32,651 bases of DNA. Origin: Chiloscyllium plagiosum (lineage: Eukaryota). Shown here piece after piece: positions 11,153 to 23,006 of the stretch. The notes beneath the pieces were generated by a model. The model ran no database searches. It saw only the letters and a list, made by a program, of their open reading frames with translations, and was not told the origin of the DNA. Both the position numbers and the translations under genes were made by a program. The DNA lies in the NCBI RefSeq assembly GCF_004010195.1, contig NW_025215379.1, positions 16,169-48,819 on the forward strand, in the 5' to 3' direction. Numbering within the stretch: position 1 is the stretch's first letter; the number at the start of each line of letters is the position of its first letter.

Positions 11153-12586
11153 GTAGAGTAAAATATTTAAATTGATTTAGATTCAAATTTAGCAATAATT
11201 GGGAGTTGTTTTATTTTTGTATCTGCATGATTTGTATTCCTACACCAGCTATTCCAATATGTGTGTACAGAGGTAATACTACAGTCCAAATTTAAGAATT
11301 AAATCTATTTGTAAATGAAATTAATTGGTAGAAAGACAAGATGGGACACACTGAGGAGCAGGATCAAATGTCCTTCCCCTGGTGCACTTGGGAGTGGGGA
11401 GGCATTTAGTCAGGTTGCATCTCGCCACCTTCCTCTCTCCACCTTGATTAGGTCCATAGTCAGATGACCTTCTAGCCCTGCCACCATTGAGGCCCTTAAC
11501 TGACCAATTAATGACTACACAGAGGGCCTCAGTATTGCTCTGTTGGCAGGGCCTCAGCATGTGATACATATGACAAATAAACCCTGGCATGCAGGCTTCC
11601 TGAGGCTGAGGTCCCCACTCAAAGCACTCTGTGTGATTGGGGTTGGTGGGGCACTCAGAGACAGACCCATTCCCTTGTTGCTGCCTCGCATAAACCCAGT
11701 CCTGTCCCACAAACATCCTCCTGTCATTACTCCGATGTGGCCTGGGCCTCGGGTGGTTGTTGTTCTGCCAGAACCACCTGCTTTGCAGCATCACCATTCA
11801 AAGGATTTGCTGAACTTTAATGCATCAGAAACTCCCTGAGGGCTGGTCCTCAACTCCCAGGATCCTGATCCTAGCCTGAAATACCTGAGCAGCACTTATT
11901 ACTGGCAGGCCTTTCTGGAAAGATACAAAATGGGTGCCTTGCTGACTGGCATTGCTGGATCAAGAGCTTTCCTATATCTGATCCTGGTGGGTGAGGTTGC
12001 TTGGCAAGAGCATGATTTCGTCAGACCGCCTCTGCAGTGTGTACACAGAAATGTTTTCTTTCAATAAAAGACAAGCAATGGTTCCTTCAATGTTGGGAGA
12101 ATAAATACAGTAAATGTTTGGTGATGATATATACGGAGTAAAAGAGCTTCATCTATCCGTGCTATTCCAGCAAAACAGAAGTGCAGAAACAGTAACTCAA
12201 CTCTTTGTTCATAGCATCCCAGTAACAGTCACTGTAAAATGTCCCCCTGTTACATTGTGTGTGTGATCATAGGACAAGCAGAGTGGTGAACTTCAACCTT
12301 CCCAGGAAAATGCCACTCCAATGTTTCTTATGAAGATTCAGAAATCAAGAGTGACTACTGGAATGAAACATTCAGGTCTGAGGTTCCACTGCAACCAAAC
12401 CCAAACTCACATTGTGGTGTTCAAGAAAGTAGAGGAAATAATCAATTTATAACTAACTTATCTAGTTAGTCACATCAGCAGTGCTGTTCAGTGGAATAAA
12501 TCATTCAAAAAGAGAACAGTCAGACATGAGGACACTATCAGCATGACTCAGTGTATTCAGACTTGCACAGCATGTAACCTACTCAT

Positions 12587-12876
12587 GGATGGTATGTGAC
12601 CTCACAGTGCCAGGGACCCGGGTTCAATTCCACCCCAGGTGACTGTGTGAAATTTGCTTGTTCACCCTGTGTCTGTGTGAGTTTTTTCAAGATGCACTGG
12701 TTTCCTCTCACGGTCCAAAGATGTGCAGATTAGGTGGATTGGTTGTGCTACATTGCCCCATAGTGTTCATAGATAGGTGGAGTAACCATAGTTAATATGA
12801 AATGATAGGGTCTGAATGGGATGTTCTTCTGGGTGAACTTGATGGGCCAAATAGCCTTTTTCCACACTTTAGGAAT
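12587..12876 (+). mobile_element. HE1 SINE (diverged)
   Basis: ctcacagtgccagggacccgggttcaattcc B box, ggtccaaagatgtgcag core and gatgggccaaatagcctttttccacact tail. Confidence 0.85.
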
Positions 12877-12929
12877 TGAATGGACTGCTTAATGCCAGTG
12901 TCAGACCGAGAGTATGGTTTGGTTGTCTT

Positions 12930-13035
12930 TGGAGCTCTGATATACTGGTAGTGTCTCTATCTGTGAACCAGGTGGCCTGGATTCATAATCCCACCTACTC
13001 CAAAGGTATCTCTGAACAGGTTGATGTGGAAAATT
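12930..13035 (+). mobile_element. Short tRNA-derived SINE-like fragment
   Basis: Degenerate A/B-box arrangement (tggtagtgtctctatctgtgaaccaggtggcctggattcataatccc). Confidence 0.4.
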
Positions 13036-13239
13036 TGGTTGGTAATAAAGTACATGCTGGGATGAACTGCAGGTGAATTTGACCTTAAATTTTCCTCTTT
13101 ATATGGTATTAGAAAGCTTTTTTCAACTGGAACAGATACAAGCAGCTTGATAATATACTTCTTTGTTCTCAATCATTTGAAATGTTATACCTTGTTGCTT
13201 AACAGATTGCTCATCATTTACATTCTGAACATTTTGCAG

Positions 13240-13317
13240 GATTTAGAAGGACAGATATGGTACTTTGGTGCCTGTGACCGTTATAAAATAGAGGAGGCTT
13301 TAAGATTACACAATAAG
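13240..13317 (+). CDS. clnk: SH2 domain exon 1: DLEGQIWYFGACDRYKIEEALRLHNK
   Basis: Acceptor attttgcag and donor AAG|gtaatc. WYxG..R...EEAL is the betaA/alphaA start of SLP-76-family SH2 domains. It is visible inside ORF 13147..13395. Confidence 0.9.
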
Positions 13318-13621
13318 GTAATCAATTCTCATTTACAAAATAATTCCAATGAAATTATTTTGCCACAGGCATCTGAAACGTTACATTCTTACTGAAATCA
13401 AATATCTTTCCAATCTAAAGATATTTTCAGAAGCTACCAAAGTTCTCATGTGCTTACCCAATGGAATGCTCTGTTTACATTTTTCTAGAAAGTTATTCTA
13501 TTCTGAAAATTATTTCTAGATACTCATATTCATGAAGAGTTTGCTATATAGTTAGTCGTAGGCGTAGAGATTTGCATGCTTTATTTCTGATTCAGTGACA
13601 GTTTGTTTTCTCTTCACTTAG

Positions 13622-13777
13622 AATGGCACTTTCCTGGTGAGAGATAGTTCGAAAGGATACCCTGATAAGCCATACGTGTTGGTGGTATATTACAGATTTA
13701 AAGTTTACAGCATTCAGATACGATATCTAGAGGACACTAATCAGTATGCTTTGGGCAGTGGGCTCAGAGGACATGAC
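13622..13777 (+). CDS. clnk: SH2 domain exon 2: [52 protein letters not shown]
   Basis: Acceptor ttttctcttcacttag and donor GAC|gtaagt. Contains the FLVR signature and the PYVL..Y..KVY.I.IR...LG.GLRG pattern typical of LCP2/CLNK. Confidence 0.92.
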
Positions 13778-14329
13778 GTAAGTTGTATACTATTTCATTG
13801 CTCCAGACTTACGTAGAATATAAACAAAACAATTTTTCTGCCTTTGGTGGACAAAATTAATATTTCTGTGAGTTTTTTAAGTTAGAAATTAAACACACCT
13901 TGCAAATTAAGATAAACGTTAATTTTACATTCCATCTGAAACATAATGCTGAAATATCTACATTTTGATTTGATTTGTGAGATAGCATGGATCTCAGATG
14001 GGCAATATCAAGGAAAATTACTTTCATAAAGGACTTAAGTTTGTGATTATGTAAAGAACTAAAGCATTTTGTTCCAATTATTTCTAGAATAATTAATTTC
14101 TTTAGAGGATATTTTCTTCAGTCAATAATCAGGCAATCGGGCAACAATTAAAAAATTGAGTAAACGAAAGCAAAACACTTAGGTGATGCTAGCCCATTAA
14201 ATGCCAATTGCACGCATGACAAGGAAGAAATGGGTCTTCCCTGAGGTCAAGCTCCTAGAGATGAAAACACAGGGTGCTGCTTTCCAATCAGTTCTTCGGT
14301 GTCCAAAAGATGTTTGATAAGGTACCACA

Positions 14330-16300
14330 CACAAAGAAGATAACAGCCCATGATGTTGGAGATAGTATATTGTCATGAATAGAGACTTGTCGAACTAATA
14401 GAAGGTAGAAAGTTGGATTAAAGGAGTCTTTTTCACGATGGAAACCTGTAAGTGGTGGAGTGCCATAGGGATCAGTGTTGGGGCCACAATTATTTACAAT
14501 ATATATTAATGACTTGGATGAGGAGAATGAATGTTGTTACAAAGTCAAAAGAGTGTATAGTCACTTTAAGAGAGAGGGGGGCTTTTCTGAGCTAAATGAT
14601 TGTGACAGTACATCTGTCTGTGACTAGCTGACAAGTGCACAGAGTGCTGCAAATTGATAATATATAACCATTAGCTTGGGGTTGTGTTTTGATGGTAAGG
14701 CAATGGATTTGAATTTAACTAATTAATTTAATTCTGGAGATGGTCCACTATTCAAAGGTACCTGTTTGAGGGACTCAGCATGAACAAGGGTGGAGCTACT
14801 GACATTCTCATCCCCTCTTCGTCCCTACATTTAATTTGGTATCTCCAGGATACCAAAAATCAATTGAATTCGAATTTGACAACATCAAACCAATGAGAGG
14901 GTATGAGTCTTGGTAAAAGGGAGGGCATTTTGAAAATTAGTCAGAGCTAACTGCCTATTGAACATCGAATAGAGGAAGGCACCCTCTGTTAAAGGCACCA
15001 AAGAATTTTATACAAAGACTCTGGCAGTGAAACAAAAAACATAGAAGATGGCCCAGGGAGAAAACAGCAGATTTGGAAGCCCAGAAGGAAGGCAGCATAA
15101 GAGACTGTGTGAACTTTGACTTAATTTAGTTAATTTAGTGTTTAGTAATTAAGTTATTGGAGTAGCATTTTAATAGAGATGGGGTCAGAGAGTGATTAAT
15201 TAAGTAAAAGGGGTTAATCAGTTTTTGTTCAGTGTTCACTGTTAGAGTTAGGAAAATAAATTGAATATTTTTCTTTAAACAGTGGAAATCTTTCACACTT
15301 GTAGCAGATTATGAGGCGAGGCGAGCTTTTCTGGTGCTGGTTTTAATTAGCAGAGGGGTTCGACCGCCACATCATCATATTGTATTTTCGCCAAATTTGT
15401 GGATGTCACAAAAAATAACTGGGAAGGCAAGTGGTAAGGGTGATACAAAGAGTCTGCAGAGGAACATAGACAGATTAAGTGAGAGGGAGAAATTTTGGCA
15501 GGTGGAATATAATGTGTAAAAGTATGAGATTATACACGTCGGCAGGAAGAATAGAGAAGTTGAATATTATTTACTTGGAGGAAGACTGCAAGAGGCTGCA
15601 GAACCAGGTGATCTGGGATTTTTTGTGCATGAATCATGGAAAACTTGCTTTCAAGTTCAGTGGATAATAGGCAAGGCAGATAGTCTATATGCCTTTATTT
15701 CAAAGAAAATGGAGTATAAGAATAGGGATGTTTTGCTAAAACTATACAAGGCACGAGTTAGGCCACACCCTTGGAATACTGTGAATAGTTTTGGTCCCAT
15801 ATTGAAGGAAAGATAAACTTACATTAGAAGCAGCCCAAAGAATTGTTGTAAATTGTTTCTGGGTATGGAATAATTTTCTTATGAGGAGTGGTTGAATAGA
15901 TTTGGCTTGTTTCGAGAAATGAGAGGAGACTTTGTTGAAACTTATAATATTATTTTGGAATTTGACAGGGCAGATGCAGAGAGGTTGTTTCCCCTTGTGG
16001 GAGAGTCTTGAACCAGAGAGCATAATTTCAGAATATGGGGTAATCCATTTAACACAGAAATTAGAAGAAAATGTTTTCTCTAACTGTCATCTATCTGTGG
16101 AATTCTTTACCACAGAAGGCTATGGAAGCTAAATTATTAAGAGTATTCAAGGCTGAGGGAGACAGATTTTTAATCAGGAAGGAATCAAGCATTATAAATC
16201 AGGAAAGATATGTTGAGGATTATCAGATTAGCAGTGATCTAATTGGATGGTGGAACACACTTGATGGGTTAAATGCTTCTACATATTATAGTCTTATGTT
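14330..16300 (+). mobile_element. CR1 LINE 3' part (RT to tail), interrupted at 14535-15379
   Basis: agtggtggagtgccatagggatcagtgttggggccacaattatttacaatatatattaatgacttggat (SGGVP*GSVLGPQLFTIYINDLD) continues after the insertion as gccaaatttgtggatgtcacaaaa (AKFVDVTK), then LLKLYKARVRPH and YLWNSLPQ. Confidence 0.88.
14535..15379 (+). mobile_element. Probable solo LTR inserted in the CR1
   Basis: An 845-bp non-CR1 block that starts TGTTAC, ends ..catcata, is flanked by atgt/ttgt (imperfect 4-bp duplication) and has an internal AATAAA at about 15255. Confidence 0.6.
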
Positions 16301-16819
16301 CAGCAGAGCCACGAGGGAGACTGTGGCTGCTCTCAAGAAATGCAATTACTTGAGATTTAGGATTATCGTGGAGGTTCAGGCTAGGGAGAGGTTCACACGT
16401 TGAGATATATGGAAGAGGAGACAACAATGCCTGTCAGCAGCTCCACCCTTGTTCACGCTGGGTCCATCAAACAGGTACCTTTGAATAATAGACCATCTCT
16501 ATCCTCACCTTCCCCACCAGAAACCCACCGGCAACTTCAATACATTTTGCTTTTCAGACTTCCTGATGGCAAGCCCCCCACTGTCTGTTGTATTAATAAT
16601 GGCAGTGGTGGAATGATGCGCCTAAGTGCATATTTATTTCCAACATAAAAATCTTAATTTCAGGCAGGGGAGAAATGAATACCCTCCATGAGTTGAATCC
16701 AAGCAGAGAAGGAAAAGCATATTCCCCTCCTATCACCCTTCCATCTCCAAACCTAACACAGGGAGGACATTAAATTCCACCTAAACTTATGTTGTGTCAG
16801 ATGACCAAACAATTGGTCA

Positions 16820-18620
16820 AAGAGGTGGAAACCTAGGACAGCAGCAGATATGTGTAGGGAGGGACTCACAGAGTTTGGAGGAAACACTGTCATGAATAGT
16901 AGAATAGTAATAATTGGGAATATGCAAGAGGTCAGACATTAGAAGAGTGCTGATATTTTGGAGGGTTGTGGGCTTGGAGGAGATTGCAGAAGGAGCAAGG
17001 ACAAGGCCATGGATGGAATTCAAAACAGGTATTAGAATTATGAAACCAAGATGCAGCCTGATCAGGAACTAATTTAGGCCAGCAATCACAGGTGTGATCG
17101 GAGAATAGAGCTTTCCGCAAAGTCAAGGCATGGCCATCAGAGATTTGGCTGATCTTTAGTTTACAGTGAATAGAATCAAAGAGGCCAGTGAAGTGTGCAT
17201 TGGAATACTTGAGTCTAGCATTAATGAAGAAATACATGAAGGTTTCAGAAACAAGTGAGTTGACACAACACTGAACAATTGTACAAAAGTGGAACTAGAC
17301 AGTCTTAGACTTGGCAAGAATATGAGGTTCAAAGCTCACTTCAGAATCAAATATGATGCCAACATTGCAATTGGACCGGCTTAATCTGAAACCATTGACA
17401 GGGAAGCATGGAGTTGACCGGCAGGAAATGGAGTTTGGAGCAGGGTCTTAAGACAATGGCTTCAGTCATCCCTATATTTAAGAGGACATTTCTGCTCATC
17501 TACTATGGATGGCAGATAAACAGCCTCATCATTTACAAATGGTGAAGGGGTCCAGAAATGTGGTGGGAAGGTAGTGCTGGATATCACTAGTATTTATGTG
17601 AAAATTAATGCCATGTCTTTGGACGATATTTCCAAGGTGCAGTATGTGGCTGAAAAATAAGGGGGAACCAAGAATTGATCTTTGGGAGATACCAGAGGAA
17701 ATGGTGTGGGAGCAAACCAAAAAGTTTTGAATGCAATTCTCTGACTGCAGTTGGATAGATAAGAGGTTGGGAAGGATGAGGAGGACAGTTTATCTTTGTC
17801 ACTGTGACAAAGAATGTCATTTGTGATTTTGATAAGAGCCACTTTGGTATCTATGGCATTATATAATTGTATGGATTCAAATAGAGAGCTTCGGGAAAGA
17901 TGGAAATGGATCAAGGAAGAGAAAACACAATCAAGGCAATGCACAGAGCACATGGGATTTGGGGGGAAGGAATTTTCTTCAAAATTCCCAAATCACCCAG
18001 GGAAACTGACTGATCAGGTGACCAGTCAAAGAAACATCACCTCCAAAATCCAATGGATGGAAATATTGAGAAGCTGCTCCTCAAATCAATGGACTCTTTC
18101 TCTTTCCACGTTACAAGCTGAGCTTATCAGAACTAAATGTGGAAGAGAAGCAACTTGTGAATGAAGCAACCAGGTGAGTGCCAACAGTCAACAAAACCCA
18201 AGATAGTGAGGGTAGAATGGGAAGCAAGAGTCCTGAGCAAGGAATGAGGCCAGGGTGTGAACATGGGAGCCACAGCCTGGGAATGAGGCTGTAGAGTGAG
18301 GCCACCAAGGCTCAGGTATGAGGCCATGGACTATGGCTGAGGAGCTGGAGGGCAAGAGAAGCTGCAAAATGGGCAGAAGAAAGTTGCAAAGCGGCAAGAG
18401 AATCTTCAAAAGATAGATAAGGGTTTAAGAATGGGGACATGCAAATCTGAAAAGGAAGGGCAGGGGCAGCAAAAGGGAGTGAGGAATTGCAAAGGGGAGA
18501 CAGGGGCACCAAAATCTTGGAGGGGTGGGGGGGGACATCACAAACGTGGGGAGAGGAGCTGCAAGGGGAAGTGTGGGACTAAAAATATACTAAAGGGGCT
18601 GAAAGGGGAAAAGGTAACAG
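16820..18620 (-). mobile_element. L2-type LINE ORF2 relic
   Basis: SGISQRSILGSPLF..HLGNIVQRHGINFH..SDIQHYL and TKVALIKITNDIL..SD match L2 RT motifs GVPQGSVLGPLLF..PLG.II..HG..FH.YADDTQLY and TETAL.KVTNDI. Confidence 0.8.
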
Positions 18621-20247
18621 AAAAGGGAAGAAAATTAAACTTTAAAATAAAGGAATACTCAGCTAAAGTGGTCCGGGAAAACTGAGGTAACAAGTTCCTT
18701 GAAAGTTAATGTGGAGTTTATAGATGAAAATTGCAGGAGTTCAGGAGCTACTTGTTATGATATCTTCTTAGTTATTCATTTTTGTGCACTTGAAAGGTTA
18801 TACTACGTGGATTTCTTTTTAAGTACAAATTGATGAAAAGACAGTGGATTTGTTTTTAAACAAAACATTTCTTGAAGATTGCATGTTTTGTTCTAACTGC
18901 TTGCTGAGTGCAGGGCCTCTGCCTGGCTGTACACTGTCATCTTCCATCTTCCGTTTTGGAAAATTTGCAATTGGTAGGCAGGCTGAGGAAGGAAATGAGC
19001 TTCCCAACCGAGCTCTTTGGTCTCTGTAAAAATTCATGTGGGTCCCATGTCGCACTTAGAGTCATGGTCCTAGCCTAATCTTAATTGCCCTCTTGAAGAG
19101 GGTCTGGAAGAAGCTACCATAAAATGCTTGCTTGGCAACCTGTATTGGTAAACATCCCAGAGACACCTAACTATGTTTTGTGACATTCATCTACACAAGT
19201 CCAAATGCCCGACTAGCATCCATCTGAACATTCAGATGGTTGGCCATATGTAAAATGATGATGTTTACGCTGTGATTGTTGAAGTTGTGGAATTAGAAAA
19301 AATCAGTGCACTCCTCCCATCTTAATTTTAATATCATTATATGGAGTTAAATGTAGTGGATGCTATTGAACTGAATACTATGTCAATCATCTAATTTAAT
19401 ATTAACAGTTTGTTTTCATAAAGATTTGCTTTTATGTGCTATCTTAAACCTATGGCATGCTATGAATTACTTGAGGTGCAATGATTGTGTCAGAGACAAA
19501 CAAACAAAGGTTATGACCTCACAAGTCTGCAGAAAGCATGTTTAGAGTAATTTTTTTTAATGTATAGAAACTTAGATGTGTATTGTTTTTTAAGAAGAGC
19601 ATGTGTTGCTAACTTATGCCTATCTTCTGCTAATTTAAATACAATAGGAAGAGTTTTGTTTTATATTGAGGCTTTAAGTTTCATGAAGAGATGATGAACA
19701 TTGGGGATTTTGATGAATTCTTTTAATTCTGCTTGTGTATGTACCCAAAGCCCCAATGTATCAACACAAGTACAGAATCTAATGTTACCAAGTGACTGTG
19801 TCACCTAAGGAAGGAGTGAGTGAAATTGAAAAAGAGTCCTCGAAATTTAAAGTGTATCTTCCAAGAAGACTCATGAGGAACCCTTCTAAAACAAAAACCC
19901 TGGTTTTGAGCCCTGGTTTAAGGATCTTTGAGAGGAAGGTTTGGTGGGGATAAGATAATAATTTGCAAGGACAATGGAGTTAAGGACTCAATTTTTGAGG
20001 AGGTAGATGATGACAACAGTTTTAAAAGAGAGAGGGACACCATCTGAGAGAAGGAACCTTTTAAAATATCCAGGGTGCTACTGCAGCAGAATACATAATG
20101 AAGGTATTCTTAACACAAGCCAATGGTGCTATACATTCAGCATTAAAATACCAATATAGAGAAACTGAATTCATATAGTCAATAGCTTGCATTTGTCTCA
20201 AAATTCTTAATATAGCAGTTTTACACGATAATTTAGCCTTGGGAGCC

Positions 20248-20445
20248 GAAATAGGTCATTCAGTTCTTCAGGTGTGCTTCACCACTCTCTAAGGTCATGG
20301 TTGATCTGTTTGTATTCTGAATTCTAGATCCCCATCTGCCCCCAAAACCATTGGTTCTCTTGCCTGACAAGAATCTATTCATCTGTGCCTTAAAAATCTT
20401 CAATGCCCCAATCATCACTGTTTCTGAGGTGGAGAGTTCCAGTGT
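20248..20445 (-). mobile_element. CR1 3' tail fragment
   Basis: The minus strand reads LKIFKAQMNRFL..K...G.G, the CR1 ORF2 end, followed by a CR1-like 3' UTR. Confidence 0.7.
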
Positions 20446-20447
20446 CT

Positions 20448-20815
20448 TGACCTTGTAGAGGTTTATAAAATCATGAACGGCATAGATAACGTGAATAGCA
20501 AGCGTCTTTTCCCCAGGGTGGGGGAGTTCAAAATTAGGTGGCACATTTTTAAGGCGAGAGGAAAAAGTTTTATAAAGGACATGAGGGACAACGCTTTTAC
20601 ACAAGGAGTGACTTGTATGTAGAATGAATTGCCAGAGGAAGTGGTGGATGAGTATACAATTACAATGCTTAAAAGACATTTAGATAAGTACATGAATAGG
20701 AAAGGTTTCAAGGATATGAGACAAACACAGGCAAATGAGACTAGTTTAGTATGGGTACATGATCAGCGTGGTTTAGTTAGACCAAAGGGTCTGTTTCCAT
20801 GCTGTATGACTCATG
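20448..20815 (+). mobile_element. CR1 (HER1-like) 3' end
   Basis: gaccttgtagaggtttataaaatcatg (DLVEVYKIM), NELPEEVV..KRHLDKYM and tail ctgtttccatgctgtatgactc. Confidence 0.85.
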
Positions 20816-20849
20816 AGTAATTTATAATTCCTCTTCCCAGGAGCAAATA

Positions 20850-21180
20850 GGGTGACACAGTGACTAGCACTGCTGCCTCACAGTGACAGAGACCTGGTTT
20901 GAATCCAGCCTTGGGCGACTGACTGTAGAGTTTGCAAATTCTTCTTGTGTCTGCTAGGTTTCCTCTGGGTCCTCCCACAGTCCAAATGACGTGCAGGTTA
21001 AGTGAACTGTCCATGCTAAATTGCCGACAGTGTTCTGAGATGTGTAGGTTAGATGCATTAGTCGGGGTAAACGTAGAGTAATAGAATGGGGAATGGATCT
21101 GGGTGAGTTACTCTTCGGAGTGTCAGTTTGGACTTGTTGGGCTGAATGGCCTGTTTCCATACTGTCTGGATTCTTTGATT
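20850..21180 (+). mobile_element. HE1 SINE
   Basis: tRNA-like head, cctcccacagtccaaatga core and gttgggctgaatggcctgtttccatactgt tail. Confidence 0.88.
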
Positions 21181-22419
21181 TAAATCACATCATCAATGTT
21201 CTGATTATATGAAAATAAAGTGGGGGCTCAAAGAGCGTTTCATTCTTCATAAAACAAAGGGTCTGTTCGCTACTCAGCTGGTTCAAAATTTGCCTCAATA
21301 TTTTAACAAAAAGAAGTAAATATGGGATTACATTTTTGTTGACAGATCATTTGTATTGAGTATTTAATTATAAGGGCACCTATTTTTTGTTCTCTAATTA
21401 CACAGGGCCTGAATTTATCTTGAATCTCATTGCTATTGAGCAGAAATTCAACCACTGTCCTTAACAGGCATCAAATGAGATAGTCAGATCACAGATGACA
21501 TGCCAATTGCCTTGAAGTCATTTTTAAAGACTCAACATCCACCTGCTGCTCATTTGAAACAAAACGTTGAGAAACAAATAAAGGTGTTGCTAAGGCAACA
21601 AGCCCTATGCGACAATACACTGAGTATCTGTGAGGACTCAGATTAATAAACTCTCCAGAGATTGAGATGCCAATGCAGCTGCAAATGTATTAGCAATGTT
21701 GTTTTATATAAAAACAAAGTGCAACATGGCCATATGGCATGAGCATACAAGGTCACTACACTGAGCTATTTATAATTCTTTATCTTAACAAAAGAAATTT
21801 GCACTTTTAATATCTTCCAATCATTTCGACTCACATCTATTTATACTTCCTAAATAATACAACAAAATTCAGTTGTACGTTGAAATTAAAATAATTAAAG
21901 CAAAGTTTCTGTTTGGATGCAATTAGAAATGTGGATTTTGAGAAGTGTCTTTTTAAATCCGAGAACCTTCTAAAGCATATTTGCATATTGGAAAATGTAA
22001 AATCTGACGTGAACTAACACAACTGAACATATTTTTATTGCAAGCCTTTGTTTAACAAAATATTCCTTGGGCTCCTTAAGATTGGTAAGCACATTGATTA
22101 ATACTGCTTAAAAATGGGTTATCATCAAAAAAAATTCTCATTTTAAGGTCCAGACAACCACCTGTGAGTGACCAGATTTTAAGTGACATAAAATGACTTT
22201 ATAATGCTACCTAGATCCATTTACTAGTTCAGTTAGGATACAGTATTCAGTTTCTTAATTTACAAAGAAAGGTAAAAGGTATAGTTACCGCAGTCCTGAA
22301 CTGGACCCCATAGGGCTGTTCTCTCATTACAGAGACAACTGATGATAGTTTAACCTGAAGGTCACCATGCCTCAGATGAAGGGAAAGGCTGAGTCCTTCA
22401 TGGTAGTCTCAGCTGTTGT

Positions 22420-23006
22420 AATTTGGAGGTGCCAGTGTTGGAATGGGGTGGACAAGGTTAAAAATCACTCAACAGCAGGTTATAATCCAACAGGGTTATT
22501 TGGAAACACTAGCTTTCGGAGCGCCGCTTCTTCATCAGGTAGTTGTAGAGCAGGAGCATGACACACAAAATTTATAGCAAAAGGTTACAGTATCATGCAG
22601 CTGAAATATATTAAACAAACTTAGATCAAGTCTTTCATCTTTTAGAATGGGTTTGCTAGTTTTGGTTCGTTAATATGTGAATCCCAATCTGACACAGACA
22701 GATTTTAAACTTTAATACATTGTCTGAGTTGAGATGACACCTTTTATTAGAAAACCTGAAGTTATCTTGAGAATATGACTTAAAAGGAGTTCTGGGATAT
22801 ACATATTAACAAACCGAATCTATTTTAAAAGATGAAAGACTTAATCTAAGTTTGTTCAATATATTTCAGCAGCACGACACTGTAACCTTTTGCTATAAAT
22901 TCTGTGTCTTATGGTCCTACTCCACAACCACCTGACAAAGGTGCAATGCTTTGAAAGCTAGTACTTCCAAATAACCCTGTTAGACTATAACCTGGTGTTG
23001 TGTGAT
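22420..23006. mobile_element. Foldback Penelope-like-derived element with two hammerhead-like cores
   Basis: 22464-22686 is the reverse complement of 22793-23006 (arms of about 220 bp). The spacer resembles that of the 8307 copy. Confidence 0.85.
22507..22542 (-). ncRNA. Minimal type I hammerhead-ribozyme-like motif
   Basis: The minus strand reads C-UAC-CUGAUGA-A-GAAGC-GGC-GCUCC-GAAA-GC-UA-GUG. Both core halves are intact, stem II has one mismatch, stem I is 3 bp, and palindromic AGCU replaces stem III. Activity is untested. Confidence 0.55.

Noticed and set aside
11321..11839. Longest ORFs in the track (158 aa and 98 aa, overlapping on opposite strands)
   Set aside because: No recognisable domain or splice context. 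They are likely chance ORFs in a GC-richer repeat.
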